Assembly: GCA_964512315.1 (NCBI GenBank)
Contig: CAZEIK010000004.1
Span: forward strand, 8,198 to 72,197
Reading direction: 5' to 3'
Length of the DNA stretch: 64,000 nt
Source: an uncultured Candidatus Saccharibacteria bacterium
GTDB taxonomy: Bacteria; Patescibacteriota; Minisyncoccia; Phycocordibacterales; UBA5272
Made by a program: the position numbers and the translations under genes. Each line of letters begins with the position of its first letter. Within the stretch, counting starts at the first letter, position 1. Positions 11,242-21,668 of this stretch are shown piece after piece. Below the pieces are notes generated by a model. That model did no database searches. It was given only the letters and a program-made list of their open reading frames with translations, and was not told the DNA's origin.

Positions 11242-11979
11242 TTATCTTAAGCTTTTAAGTTCATTTAATAAATTCTTAAGGTCGTCCTGAAGTTTTCTAA
11301 TACTATCTTGCGCATTCTTAACAGCATTCTTAAATGCTTCTTTGTTGTCGGCATTAACACCTATATCCTTGAAAGACTCAACTTGCTTTATATCTGATTT
11401 AACTTTTTCTAGAGAAGACTTAGCAACAGTTAGCGCCGCATCAACTTTAGTAAAGTCAGCAGTAGAAGAAGCTCTTCTTGCTGATAAGAAATTATTAGCC
11501 CTAGTCAGAGCATTCTCAAAGTGACCAGCAACTAGCCCAAGTCTTTCTATCGCTGCATTAGATCTTTCTTTTACAATTTGCTTATTTTCTTCTCTTAACT
11601 CTTTTCTCTCTTCTGTATTAGAAGCACGCATATCACGAGCTCTATCTTGCATGTTGCCTACAATTTGTTTTCTGGCCTCTGGAGATGTGGCATTACGCAT
11701 TCTGTCTTGCATTTCTTTTCTGATGTCTTCTCTCTCTTCTGTATTAGAGGCACGCATTTGAATACGTTTATCCATAAGACCTTGCCTATCTTCTCTTATC
11801 TCCTCTCTTTGATCTCTAAGTTCTTTTCTGTCTTCTCTCAACTCCTTACCCTCCATTCTCGGTGGTAGAGGTAATTGTCCGCCAGCGCTTGGCATAGCTC
11901 CTGGGGTCGGTAATGTTTGAGCTGACACTGCAACGAGCGTACACATTACCGCTGATAATAATAATGTTTGTTTTTTCAT
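11242..11979 (-). CDS. Secreted charged coiled-coil protein with internal tandem repeats
   Basis: 245 aa. Signal peptide (MKKQTLLLSAVMCTLVAVSAQT). Repeated MRASNTEERxxLRxE units are mirrored by DNA direct repeats at ~11598 and ~11735. Confidence 0.5.
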   Translation of the reverse strand: MKKQTLLLSAVMCTLVAVSAQTLPTPGAMPSAGGQLPLPPRMEGKELREDRKELRDQREEIREDRQGLMDKRIQMRASNTEEREDIRKEMQDRMRNATSPEARKQIVGNMQDRARDMRASNTEERKELREENKQIVKERSNAAIERLGLVAGHFENALTRANNFLSARRASSTADFTKVDAALTVAKSSLEKVKSDIKQVESFKDIGVNADNKEAFKNAVKNAQDSIRKLQDDLKNLLNELKSLR

Positions 11980-12126
11980 ATTTTAATATTTAATTAACTA
12001 AATTCTTTGCAAGACTTTAGTATCTAATAAGTATATAACGAAAAGCTGAACCATAAGAAGCAGCTAGTCACAAAAGCAATTGCTAGTGTTGCATTATGTT
12101 AACAAAAAAGTTCGCCAAAATAACAC

Positions 12127-13392
12127 TTATAATTGCTTATAATATAGGCCTAGGAACTCTTTTTTAAACTCGAAAAACTTACCGTCCAATACCGACTGCC
12201 TTATATCACGAACCAGATTGATCATAAAATACAAATTATGAGCTGAAGCTATGGTGCCAGCTAACATTTCCTCAGCCTTAAACAGATGATGAAGATAACT
12301 TTTGGTGTAGTCATGATATGGCGAATTAGGGTCAGAAGATATGTGGCTCATATCATCTTTGTACTTAGCGTTTGTAATGTTAATCTTACCCTCTTTTGTA
12401 TATATTGCACCGTGTCTTGCTACTCTTGTTGGAGATACGCAGTCGAAAGTATCTATGCCGTACTCAACACCCAAAAAAAAGTCTATTGGCTCACCGATTC
12501 CAAGCAAGTGACGAGGTTTTCCCTCTGGCAAGTTCTCTGTGGCACTCTTTACAGTTTTGCCCATGTCTTCCTTAGTAAAGCTACCCCCTATTCCAAATCC
12601 ATCAAAGTCCATAGCTCCCAGCACGCTAGCACTCTCTTTGCGTAAGTCCTCATATGCCCCACCCTGGACCACAGCAAAGAGTGCCTGCTGCTCACCCGTT
12701 GCCGAAGATACACCCAACCTTTTGTGTTCATCTATACAACGTTTGGCCCATCTGTGTGTACGCTCCATAGCGCTTATCTGATACTCACGAGGAGCAAGTG
12801 GTGAAGTGCACTCGTCAAATGCGAAGAATATATCGGCTCCTAGGGCGTGCTGAATCTGCATACTTCTCTCTGGAGTGAATCTATGATATGACCCATCAAT
12901 AAAAGATTTGAAAGTTACACCATCTTCGTCGATTCGAGCCATCTGATTCTTAGAAGATTTGATTTTCTTTTCACCTTTTTCATCGACTATTTCTTTTTGT
13001 TTCTTGGAAAGGTCTGCACTTGTTGCGATCTTGCTAACACCAGTGTCGAATGCTGCACCGAGCGAGAACACTTGGAATCCACCACTATCTGTAAATGTTG
13101 GCATAGACGCACCATCTTTCTGCCAATGCATCATCTTTGCGAATCCTCCATGCTTCTCAACAACCGCTTCACCTGGCTGCAAATATAAGTGATAGGTATT
13201 AGCAAGTACAGCCTCTGCTGTTGTGGACTTGATCCCATTTTGGTCCAATGCTTTTACCGTAGCCTTTGTACCAACTGGAATAAAAGCTGGCGTCTCTATG
13301 TCTCCATGTGGTGTATGTATAACACCCGCTCTTGCGAGCGGCGCTTCTTCACTTCTCTTTTCTATTGTAAAACCAAACCCTTTCCCATTCAT
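12127..13392 (-). CDS. tgt: Queuine tRNA-ribosyltransferase (tRNA-guanine transglycosylase)
   Basis: 421 aa. N-terminal ARAGVIHTPHGDIETPAFIPVGT and a C-terminal zinc site (CVSPTRVARHG). It carries a ~30-aa K/E-rich insertion. Confidence 0.85.
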   Translation of the reverse strand: MNGKGFGFTIEKRSEEAPLARAGVIHTPHGDIETPAFIPVGTKATVKALDQNGIKSTTAEAVLANTYHLYLQPGEAVVEKHGGFAKMMHWQKDGASMPTFTDSGGFQVFSLGAAFDTGVSKIATSADLSKKQKEIVDEKGEKKIKSSKNQMARIDEDGVTFKSFIDGSYHRFTPERSMQIQHALGADIFFAFDECTSPLAPREYQISAMERTHRWAKRCIDEHKRLGVSSATGEQQALFAVVQGGAYEDLRKESASVLGAMDFDGFGIGGSFTKEDMGKTVKSATENLPEGKPRHLLGIGEPIDFFLGVEYGIDTFDCVSPTRVARHGAIYTKEGKINITNAKYKDDMSHISSDPNSPYHDYTKSYLHHLFKAEEMLAGTIASAHNLYFMINLVRDIRQSVLDGKFFEFKKEFLGLYYKQL

Positions 13393-13431
13393 TTTACTTA
13401 TCCTAACACAAAAAACTTGCGAATTATATTC

Positions 13432-13902
13432 TTATAAATTATGCTCGACTATTTTCTGATTCTCATCGAATAAGCAATAACCTTTAACATAATCCCCAGC
13501 GATTACTTTTGGTAACCAATACTTGTCATCCTCCCACATTTCGCTATATGGTATTTCGCTCACCTTGTACCACTGCGGCTTCATCTCATCTGACTCAGTT
13601 GGCTCACCATTCCAAGCCTCTGTTGTGTATATATGAACTATTTGATTCCACTCAGCTTTATTTAAAAATCTAAATTCTATTTCTCCTAACTTTTTGATAT
13701 CGCTGACATTAACGTCAACTCCTATTTCTTCTTTTGTCTCTCTTACTGTCGCATCTTCTACGCTCTCGTCAGTCTTAACTTTACCACCGACACCATTGTA
13801 TCTACCTACGCCGAAGCCGATCTTTTTCATAGCTAACAAAATATCAGACACGGTACCAGAAGCGTCTCTTTTTATTAAAAACAACAATGTTGTGTTTTTC
13901 AT
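13432..13902 (-). CDS. Nudix hydrolase (MutT-like)
   Basis: 156 aa. Nudix box GGKVKTDESVEDATVRETKEEIGV. Confidence 0.75.
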   Translation of the reverse strand: MKNTTLLFLIKRDASGTVSDILLAMKKIGFGVGRYNGVGGKVKTDESVEDATVRETKEEIGVDVNVSDIKKLGEIEFRFLNKAEWNQIVHIYTTEAWNGEPTESDEMKPQWYKVSEIPYSEMWEDDKYWLPKVIAGDYVKGYCLFDENQKIVEHNL

Positions 13903-13919
13903 ATCTTAATTATACACCC

Positions 13920-14552
13920 TTACTTATTATCCTTGTAATCCCAAATATACCTGCTAGCTGTTGAGCGATATGGCGACCACTTGTCTGTGATTTTTAATAT
14001 CTTTGCTTCAAAGTCCTTTTGCTTCATAGCTTTCTCTGTCCCAGACTTTGGATGACACTTTTCTAATTTGTATAGCTTCATAACACCATTGATCAGCCCA
14101 CCATCCTTGATCGCGAACACATCCGGGCGAGACAATGTAAATATAAGTATCATCTCCACTGTCCAGCGACCGACTCCTACTATCTGGGTCAGCATTTCAA
14201 TTATCTCTTCATCAGCCATCTTGTCAAAGTCATGCTGATGCAAGTTCTTATCTTTGAAAAACTTTGCTACATTCTTAACATATTTAACTTTCTGACCCGA
14301 CAGTCCTGCTGCACGCAACTTCTCATCACCCGCCTTCAACAGCTCGGCATCAGTTGGCCATCTGTCACTCCAAATACTTTTAAATTTATTTTTGATACTG
14401 TTCGCTGCTGCGGTGGATACTTGCTGACTGATTATCGATGACAACAGTGACTCGTACACCGATAACTCAGGTGTGATTTTCTTCAATCTGCCATGCAACA
14501 CTACCCCCAGCTTTTCATCTACACTCTTTAAATAATCAATCTCTTTTTTCAC
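13920..14552 (-). CDS. HhH-GPD DNA glycosylase (AlkA-like 3-methyladenine DNA glycosylase)
   Basis: 210 aa. HhH-GPD motif GVGRWTVEMILIF…D. Confidence 0.7.
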   Translation of the reverse strand: MKKEIDYLKSVDEKLGVVLHGRLKKITPELSVYESLLSSIISQQVSTAAANSIKNKFKSIWSDRWPTDAELLKAGDEKLRAAGLSGQKVKYVKNVAKFFKDKNLHQHDFDKMADEEIIEMLTQIVGVGRWTVEMILIFTLSRPDVFAIKDGGLINGVMKLYKLEKCHPKSGTEKAMKQKDFEAKILKITDKWSPYRSTASRYIWDYKDNK

Positions 14553-14555
14553 GTT

Positions 14556-15011
14556 TTACTTCACGTCAACTATCACCTCTTGGGTGTGTACTGCTGGCTT
14601 AACGGCCTCGTATATCTTCGCAACTTTACCAGACTCATCGACAAGCACACTCATGCGCTCGATACCCATGTATTCGCGACCCATGAATTTCTTCAGCCTC
14701 CATGCGCCATACTCCTTGATCATCTCTGTACTCTCATCAGAAAGAATTGGGAAGTTAAGCTCGAACTTGTCAGCGAATTTCTTGTGACTCTTTACGGTGT
14801 CTTTGCTCACACCTAACACAACCAGTCCCATCTTGCTCATCTCTTTAAAATTATCACGAAAATTACAAGCCTCAGTCGTACATCCTGGGGTATCATCCTT
14901 TGGATAAAAATATATCAGAACTTTCTTGCCAGCATAGTCCGACAACTTGTGCATCTTGCCATCTTGATCTGGTAACTCAAACTTCGGCGCCTTGTTTCCA
15001 ACTTTTAACAT
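14556..15011 (-). CDS. bcp: Peroxiredoxin Bcp (thiol peroxidase)
   Basis: 151 aa. PKDDTPGCTTEAC active-site motif. Confidence 0.85.
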   Translation of the reverse strand: MLKVGNKAPKFELPDQDGKMHKLSDYAGKKVLIYFYPKDDTPGCTTEACNFRDNFKEMSKMGLVVLGVSKDTVKSHKKFADKFELNFPILSDESTEMIKEYGAWRLKKFMGREYMGIERMSVLVDESGKVAKIYEAVKPAVHTQEVIVDVK

Positions 15012-15019
15012 ATTGTTAA

Positions 15020-15712
15020 TTATAGCACTTTTTGTAATTTCTTATTCTTCCTGTGGCTATAAACATATGAGGTAAATAGCACACTCATAATCACAATAAA
15101 CTTCTCCACTTCACCAACATGTAGGCTGGTAAAGCTCTCAAGTATCAAGACCATACCGATCAATCCAACTATTACATAAGCAGCCTTCTTAAGTGGTGGG
15201 TGCCTGTGCACAATGCCTGAGACGAGCTGGGTTACGAACAGCATAGACACAACTCCAAACAAGACACCTGTCACAACGACATAATATTGATGCGATATTC
15301 CAACCGCCGAGATGACATTATCTATACTGAACACCCCGTCTGCAATTATGATCTGAGCGACTATGGGCCAGAACTTGCCAGCCGAGACATGCTTGTTACT
15401 GCCAGCATCACCCTTGATAAAAAGATGATCTACAGCCAAATACATCAAATACAAACCACCCAATACCAGTATCCACTTGTTTTGTATTATATACACAGCG
15501 AATAGTAACGCTACAAGTCGCAACACTGCACCACCAGCTATTCCTATCATTAACGCCAACCTTCTCTCTTTGCTTGGTAATGGCTCCGCAATGGAAGCAT
15601 TCACAAGAGCGTTATCAATGGAGAGCAAGACTTCTATAACAGCCAGAGACAATATCGTTGGTAAATACAAACTTAAAAAGTCCCCAGTTAAAAAATTAAT
15701 TATCTGTTCCAT
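15020..15712 (-). CDS. TerC-family integral membrane protein
   Basis: 230 aa, polytopic. Duplicated LSIDNA / FSIDNV motifs typical of the TerC/Alx family. Confidence 0.6.
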   Translation of the reverse strand: MEQIINFLTGDFLSLYLPTILSLAVIEVLLSIDNALVNASIAEPLPSKERRLALMIGIAGGAVLRLVALLFAVYIIQNKWILVLGGLYLMYLAVDHLFIKGDAGSNKHVSAGKFWPIVAQIIIADGVFSIDNVISAVGISHQYYVVVTGVLFGVVSMLFVTQLVSGIVHRHPPLKKAAYVIVGLIGMVLILESFTSLHVGEVEKFIVIMSVLFTSYVYSHRKNKKLQKVL

Positions 15713-15713
15713 A

Positions 15714-16874
15714 TTATTTACTCACCATATCAGCTATCACTTTTACCACACCTTTATCGAACATATTTGGAAGTATGTTATCAGGACGCAAGTCAGTTAC
15801 ATAGCTTGCCAACGCCTCAGCGATAGTCACGAATGTTTCTGTATTAACATTTTTATAAGTCCCCATCTGCTGAGCATCCAGCATGCCTCGCCAGAACCCT
15901 GGGAATACTAATGAGTTGTTAATCTGATTCGGATAGTCGCTACGCCCAGTGCCGACAATAAATGCGCCAGCCTCACGAGCGAGTTCTGGCATTATCTCTG
16001 GTGTCGGATTAGCGAGACCAAAAATTATAGACTTATCATTCATACTTTTGACCATGTCACTAGTCAGAACTCCTGGCTTTGACAATCCAATAAACACATC
16101 AGCCCCCGCTACTGCAGTAGCCAGGTCGCCACTCATGTCACGAATATTAGAAGCATTAAGTAGTTCAAGTTTCTCTTTGTTTAGGTCTTCACGAGAACTA
16201 TTAATTATGCCCTTGCTGTCAACATAGATAATATTCTTGACTCCATATGCATTCATAAGTCTAGCTGTTGCAACTCCTGCCGCACCTACGCCAGACAATA
16301 CAACTCTTATGTTTTCCTTTTTCTTGTCAGCTAACTTAATAGAATTGATAAGCGCTGCAAGAGTCACAGTCGCCGCACCCCATTGGTCATCATGCATAAC
16401 AGGAATAGATAACTCCGCACGCAGCCTCTCCTCAATCTCAAAACATTTAGGACTAGAAATATCTTCCAAATTAATACCTCCAAAAACTGGTGCAATATTT
16501 TTTATTGTTCTGATTATCTCTTCTGTATCTTGTGTCTCGATACAAATTGGAAATGCATCCACATCTGCGAACTCTTTTAATATAGCAGCTTTACCCTCCA
16601 TCACCGGTATACTAGCTGATGCACCCAAGTTACCGAGACCGAGTATTGCCGACCCGTCACTTATTATTGCTACAGTATTCTTCTTAAGTGTCATCTTACG
16701 CGCGAGGCTAACGTCAGCAGCTATGGCATTACATACAGCTGCTACCCCTGGGGTGTAGGCACGAGAGAGTGCTTCTCTATTATCGAGCTTAACCTTACTA
16801 ACTGTTTCTAATTTGCCACCGAACTCTGAGTGAAGGTCTAAAGCCTCCTTATTGTAATCATGATTTTCTGACAT
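15714..16874 (-). CDS. NAD(P)-dependent malic enzyme (short form)
   Basis: 386 aa. Malic-enzyme blocks (…AYTPGVA…, Rossmann GxGxxG VLSGVGAAG). Confidence 0.8.
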   Translation of the reverse strand: MSENHDYNKEALDLHSEFGGKLETVSKVKLDNREALSRAYTPGVAAVCNAIAADVSLARKMTLKKNTVAIISDGSAILGLGNLGASASIPVMEGKAAILKEFADVDAFPICIETQDTEEIIRTIKNIAPVFGGINLEDISSPKCFEIEERLRAELSIPVMHDDQWGAATVTLAALINSIKLADKKKENIRVVLSGVGAAGVATARLMNAYGVKNIIYVDSKGIINSSREDLNKEKLELLNASNIRDMSGDLATAVAGADVFIGLSKPGVLTSDMVKSMNDKSIIFGLANPTPEIMPELAREAGAFIVGTGRSDYPNQINNSLVFPGFWRGMLDAQQMGTYKNVNTETFVTIAEALASYVTDLRPDNILPNMFDKGVVKVIADMVSK

Positions 16875-16879
16875 ATGAT

Positions 16880-17767
16880 CTATATACTATTCTTGTAAAG
16901 CTCCATTTTGGCACGGACGACTTTTTTCATCTCTTCTGCACCAGCGCGGTCGAACTTATAAGGCGCGATCTCGTTTGGATTGTCATGCATATAATCCTTA
17001 ATACCATCCCTGAAGGCTTTTCTTATCTCAGTGTTAATGTGTATTATGCTAATACCCGCACGAATACTGTTAAGCAAGTCCTCATTAGTGTTACCACTCG
17101 CACCATGCAACACAAGCGGAACACCTGCAGCATCACGTATCTCACTTATTCTGTCTACGTGTAACTTTGGCTCTGGGGCATCAATCAACATTCCGTGGAT
17201 ATTACCAACAGCTGGAGCAAATAGGTCTATTCCTGTGCGCAAGACAAAATCTCTCGCTTGTTCACGAGTGGTCAAGTTGCTCTCGCTCACACCTTCTGGA
17301 AGTTTTGAATTAAGCGAAGAAGATTGACCTATGTACCCAAGTTCTGCTTCGACTAATATGCGCTTGTTATTCTCTCTTTCATATTCACGAACCCATTCAA
17401 CACACTCTTTTACCAGCTTCACATTCTCTTCATAAGAAAGCTTGGCTCCGTCGACTATAACACTGTCATAACCAGCCTCTACAACTTGTTTAACTTTATC
17501 AAATGTATAAGTGTGATCAGCATTTAAAAATATTGGCACTGAAAATTCTTTTTTCATCTCGTTGACTAGCGCTCTAGCCATGTCTACACCGATGTACTCT
17601 CTCTCGCCTTCAGATAGGCCAATAATTATCGGCTCATGCAACTCTTGAGCAACTTCACATATAACACGCAATTGATCCAGGCTAGATATATTGAAGTGGG
17701 CTATGGCTTTACCTTGCTTCTCATAATCTTTTATTATTTCGTAATACTCTCTTGATTGATTTGGCAT
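16880..17767 (-). CDS. fba: Class II fructose-bisphosphate aldolase
   Basis: 295 aa. Class II aldolase motifs (…LHGASG…, HINTE). Confidence 0.8.
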   Translation of the reverse strand: MPNQSREYYEIIKDYEKQGKAIAHFNISSLDQLRVICEVAQELHEPIIIGLSEGEREYIGVDMARALVNEMKKEFSVPIFLNADHTYTFDKVKQVVEAGYDSVIVDGAKLSYEENVKLVKECVEWVREYERENNKRILVEAELGYIGQSSSLNSKLPEGVSESNLTTREQARDFVLRTGIDLFAPAVGNIHGMLIDAPEPKLHVDRISEIRDAAGVPLVLHGASGNTNEDLLNSIRAGISIIHINTEIRKAFRDGIKDYMHDNPNEIAPYKFDRAGAEEMKKVVRAKMELYKNSI

Positions 17768-17827
17768 AACTTTTCTAGAATTTTATGTGTATAAGTGTAG
17801 CATATAAAATCAAAGCTCATATACAAT

Positions 17828-18829
17828 ATGTATATGAATCAAGCTTTGGACTTTTTGGCTGTAGGCGATACAGTAGTGGATGCATTTATAAAGTTAAAAG
17901 ACGCTCATGTGACTTGTACTGTTGACCATGGCGCATGCGAAATATGTATGCCTTTTGGAGCAAAAGTCCCTTATGAGAGCGTAACAATAATCCCAGCCGT
18001 AGGTAACTCGGCAAACGCTGCGGTATCTGCTGCAAGGCTTGGACTACAATCTGGCCTAGTTACATTCTTAGGTAATGATGTGAATGGTCGCGAATGCAAA
18101 TTCCAACTAGAACAAGAAAATGTAAACACTTCTTGTATTGTTATGGAGAATGGCAAGATAACTAATTATCACTATGTATTGTGGTTCGGTGATGAGAGAA
18201 CAATACTTATCAAACACGAAACGTTCAAAACTTTCCTCCCACCAATAGAAAAGCCTCCTCGTTGGATATATTTGTCATCTCTCGGCGAACATGCCAAAGA
18301 CTTACATTTTGAACTAGACAAATACTTAACAGCTAACCCAGAAGTTAAATTAGCCTTCCAACCAGGAACATTCCAAATCAAAATGGGTAAAGATTTATTA
18401 GCGCCAATATATAGCAAAACAGAATTCTTCTGCTGCAACGTAGAAGAAGCCATGCAAATATTAGGCACAGAGGTGCGTGATGTGACGACACTACTCTTAG
18501 GAATATCTCTACTAGGACCAAAAGTTGTATGCATAACTGACGGACACGAAGGCGCATACATGCGATGGAAAGACGAGAACTATTTCCTGCCTATATACCC
18601 TGACCCATTACCTCCACTCGAGAGAACTGGTGCTGGTGACGCGTTTGCTAGCACTTTTGCAGCAGCATTAGTTGCTGGACTAGACCCAGTAGAAGCTTTT
18701 AGATGGGGGCCCATCAACAGTATGAATGTTGTACAATATGTTGGTGCCCAAAAGGGTCTACTTAAGAAAAAAGACATAGAGAATCTGTTAAGCAGTGCCC
18801 CATCAGAGTACGTAGTTAAGAAAATCTAA
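17828..18829 (+). CDS. PfkB-family carbohydrate kinase
   Basis: 333 aa. C-terminal TGAGDAFASTFAAALVAG ribokinase-family signature. Confidence 0.75.
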   Translation: MYMNQALDFLAVGDTVVDAFIKLKDAHVTCTVDHGACEICMPFGAKVPYESVTIIPAVGNSANAAVSAARLGLQSGLVTFLGNDVNGRECKFQLEQENVNTSCIVMENGKITNYHYVLWFGDERTILIKHETFKTFLPPIEKPPRWIYLSSLGEHAKDLHFELDKYLTANPEVKLAFQPGTFQIKMGKDLLAPIYSKTEFFCCNVEEAMQILGTEVRDVTTLLLGISLLGPKVVCITDGHEGAYMRWKDENYFLPIYPDPLPPLERTGAGDAFASTFAAALVAGLDPVEAFRWGPINSMNVVQYVGAQKGLLKKKDIENLLSSAPSEYVVKKI

Positions 18830-19251
18830 AGCTTGATCTCTATTTTACCCTTTCTAATATAGAATTTTTCAGTATTACTACTTTTTTCCTTTACCACAAC
18901 CGATAGCAATCCTTCGTCTATTTCTTTTATTGTCATCGAGTCATTCTCACCATCAGCGAAACAATCGAACTCTTTTGGCTCGTTCAAAAGAATAATGCTT
19001 TGTATGAATAACTTATCTTCTAACAAGATACTTTTTAGAACAATATTGTGTTCTTGGTGGAGTCTCTCGACTGATATACCACTCATGATGCAAGGTATGT
19101 AACCATAAGGTGTGGATATATTTTTTTCTTCTTTTACTTTTATTTGAACTTTACTTGGTGTTGTCTTGGTTGCTTGGTCTTCGTTCTTAACATTGCCACT
19201 ACTTAACCAAAACTTTCCATTAAAAAAGTTATCTATATATTTTCCAAACAT
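18826..19251 (-). CDS. Hypothetical protein (last gene of the pentose-phosphate operon)
   Basis: 141-aa ORF overlapping the tktC stop by 19 nt. No recognisable motif. Confidence 0.35.
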   Translation of the reverse strand: MFGKYIDNFFNGKFWLSSGNVKNEDQATKTTPSKVQIKVKEEKNISTPYGYIPCIMSGISVERLHQEHNIVLKSILLEDKLFIQSIILLNEPKEFDCFADGENDSMTIKEIDEGLLSVVVKEKSSNTEKFYIRKGKIEIKL

Positions 19252-20219
19252 GTATTGATTATATCATCTACTGTCAGACCATATTCACCGTATAACTCCC
19301 CAACAGTTCCAGACTGACCAAATCTATCTTTTACTCCCATTCTTATTACTTTGTTGTGGCCTGTAGCCGAAGACAGGAACTCCGCCACAGCTGAGCCCAT
19401 TCCACCAAAGGCTTGATGCTCTTCTACTGTTATAAAAGTTTTGTATACATTGGCTAATCTAAAAATAGCTTCTTCTGGTAATGGTTTAATGCAAGAAATA
19501 TTAACTAGCACTACTTGTATATTTTGCTCTGCTAACTTTTTTGCTGCAAGTAAAGCGTTAAAAATTATAGGTCCTGTTGCTAATATACACACCTTCTTAG
19601 CGTGAGTCTCAATGCTAGAAAAGAGTATTTCTGGCTTTTTTAAATTCACCTGGCCATATTCATCTGAGAAAATCTTCGCTGACTTTTCTCTTGCTAGTCT
19701 TATATATACCGGACCTGGTATATCTTTTGCTAACTTAGTCATAAGATAAGCCTCCCTAGAATCGGCAGGAGACAATACTGTAATATTTGGAATAACTCTC
19801 ATAAGCGCAATATCTTCTAACGCTTGATGTGTTCCACCGTCTGGACCAACCGACAATCCTGCGTGAGCGCCAGCTATAATAACTTTAGAATCATTGTAGC
19901 AAATAGTCGTCCTAATCTGCTCCCAATTTCTTCCTGGGCTAAACATTGCATAGCTAGAAATGAATGGCTTCATACCCATTGCAGCCATACCGCTCGCCAC
20001 AGCCGCCATGTTCTGCTCCGTTATCCCAACCTCGACGAATCTAGAAGCAAATCTCTCTTTGAAAAGATGCATCTGCACACTTTCAGTTAAGTCGGCACAC
20101 AGTGCTGCAACCGTCTTATCCTCTTCACCAAGATCAACCAGAGCCTTACCAAACCCAACTCTAGTAGCCTCCATTTCGACTTCATTTGTAAAAATATTTT
20201 TATTTAACATATTATTCAA
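19233..20219 (-). CDS. Transketolase, C-terminal subunit (split transketolase)
   Basis: 328 aa. Pyrimidine-binding and C-terminal domains of transketolase. Overlaps the N-terminal subunit gene by 8 nt. Confidence 0.85.
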   Translation of the reverse strand: MNNMLNKNIFTNEVEMEATRVGFGKALVDLGEEDKTVAALCADLTESVQMHLFKERFASRFVEVGITEQNMAAVASGMAAMGMKPFISSYAMFSPGRNWEQIRTTICYNDSKVIIAGAHAGLSVGPDGGTHQALEDIALMRVIPNITVLSPADSREAYLMTKLAKDIPGPVYIRLAREKSAKIFSDEYGQVNLKKPEILFSSIETHAKKVCILATGPIIFNALLAAKKLAEQNIQVVLVNISCIKPLPEEAIFRLANVYKTFITVEEHQAFGGMGSAVAEFLSSATGHNKVIRMGVKDRFGQSGTVGELYGEYGLTVDDIINTCLENI

Positions 20220-21066
20220 GGTTTATTTTGCCTCCCATTGTTCTGATTGATTGTATCGCCTTTTTTGCTTCTTCACTATTTGGAGCTTTGCCATGCCAAT
20301 GATAATCCCCTTCTATCTGAGACCAGCCCTTACCCGGAATAGTGTGAGCAATTATTGCAGTTGGGTTAATACTATTACTCTTTGCAATATTAACTGCATC
20401 AACTATCTCCATCATGTTGTGTCCATCTATTTCTAGAACATTAAAATTAAACGCCTTCAACTTCTCCGACAAGCTTTCAAGCGGCATAACATCTTCTGTC
20501 CTGCCATCTATCTGTATTCCATTTCTATCTATTATTGTTATAACATTAGTTAGATTATATTTTGAAAGTGTTAGGAGCGCTTCCCAGACATTACCTTCAT
20601 TCATCTCACCGTCCCCCATCAAACAATAAAAATTCTTTGGCATTCCACCCATCATCCTATCAGCTAATGCCATGCCTGTTGCTTGCGAAAGTCCTGATCC
20701 AAGTGGACCGCTAGATGTCTCAACACTTTTTAGAAACTCGCGATGAGGATGACCTTGCAATCTACTTCTGAATTTTCTAAGTGTCTTTAGCTCACTAACT
20801 GGCAAGTATCCAGCATGTGCCATAGTTGCATACAGAACTGGACAAATATGTCCATTAGAAAGTATTAACCTGTCCCTGTGTGCCCAATCTGGACTAGATG
20901 GATCATGCTTAAGTATTTTAAAATATAAAGCAGTAAATACATCCGCCATACCGAGCGGGCCCGCAGTATGACCACTACCTGCTTCTAACAACATATCAAT
21001 AATTGAAAGCCTGATCTCTTTGGCTCGAGCTTCAAGCTTATGTATTTCTATGTCAGTAAGACTCAT
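20212..21066 (-). CDS. Transketolase, N-terminal (TPP-binding) subunit
   Basis: 284 aa. TPP-binding GDGEMNEGNVWEA motif. Confidence 0.85.
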   Translation of the reverse strand: MSLTDIEIHKLEARAKEIRLSIIDMLLEAGSGHTAGPLGMADVFTALYFKILKHDPSSPDWAHRDRLILSNGHICPVLYATMAHAGYLPVSELKTLRKFRSRLQGHPHREFLKSVETSSGPLGSGLSQATGMALADRMMGGMPKNFYCLMGDGEMNEGNVWEALLTLSKYNLTNVITIIDRNGIQIDGRTEDVMPLESLSEKLKAFNFNVLEIDGHNMMEIVDAVNIAKSNSINPTAIIAHTIPGKGWSQIEGDYHWHGKAPNSEEAKKAIQSIRTMGGKINLE

Positions 21067-21070
21067 CTGT

Positions 21071-21667
21071 CTAGTTTACTATGCTTTTTAACTTGCGGTA
21101 AGTGAATATCACATCAGACGCATTTTTAAGAGCACTCCCGACAACGAAGTTACTAGCCCCAGCATCTTTTACTGGTCTAATAGTCTCTTCATTCATCGCT
21201 CCATCAACCTGTATTACCTTATCAGTCACAGCCTTTATGTTTTTGATGTCATCTAATGCAGATTCTCTAAATGGCTGACCTTGGTGGCCCACATTCTCTA
21301 TTCCCATAACTTGCACATAGTCACAGTATTCAATGTTACTTTTAATCTCTTCCACTGTACCACATATTCCAACATTAATATCATATTGCTTAGCATATTC
21401 GTAAAGCTCTTTTATATTCTTGTTATGCTTCAGATGAAATACAATAAATGACGCACCCAAGTCTTTTACTTTTTCCACCAATCCAACATCTGCTTTTAAT
21501 AGCAAGTCGAATTCAAAGTCAAAAACATCCCAAAATTCTAGCTCTTCATCACCGTTAATTTTTAAATTAGTTACGTCTATTTGAACTCTTTTTGCGCAAT
21601 CAGCATATCTTGCTAACTGTCTATTTATTTCTGAAAAATTATTTTCAAGTATTGCTGGTATTATCAT
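21071..21667 (-). CDS. Divergent ribulose-phosphate 3-epimerase-family TIM-barrel protein
   Basis: 198 aa. Rpe-like blocks (…IDV.N…, VMGIENVGHQGQPF, IQVDGAMN). The N-terminal metal-binding His of canonical Rpe is not evident. Confidence 0.5.
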   Translation of the reverse strand: MIIPAILENNFSEINRQLARYADCAKRVQIDVTNLKINGDEELEFWDVFDFEFDLLLKADVGLVEKVKDLGASFIVFHLKHNKNIKELYEYAKQYDINVGICGTVEEIKSNIEYCDYVQVMGIENVGHQGQPFRESALDDIKNIKAVTDKVIQVDGAMNEETIRPVKDAGASNFVVGSALKNASDVIFTYRKLKSIVN

Positions 21668-21668
21668 T

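Noticed and set aside
11598-11760. Two near-identical 26-nt direct repeats, a possible CRISPR-like or repeat element
   Set aside because: Only two copies. They lie in-frame inside a CDS and correspond to the protein-level MRASNTEER repeat. No spacer-array structure and no cas genes anywhere in the window.
12286-12781. Numerous 60–170-aa ORFs antisense to or inside large genes (for example within tgt, rpoB, ligA, pilB, gap)
   Set aside because: They are shadow ORFs inside well-supported conserved CDSs. They have low-complexity or atypical composition and no independent start contexts.
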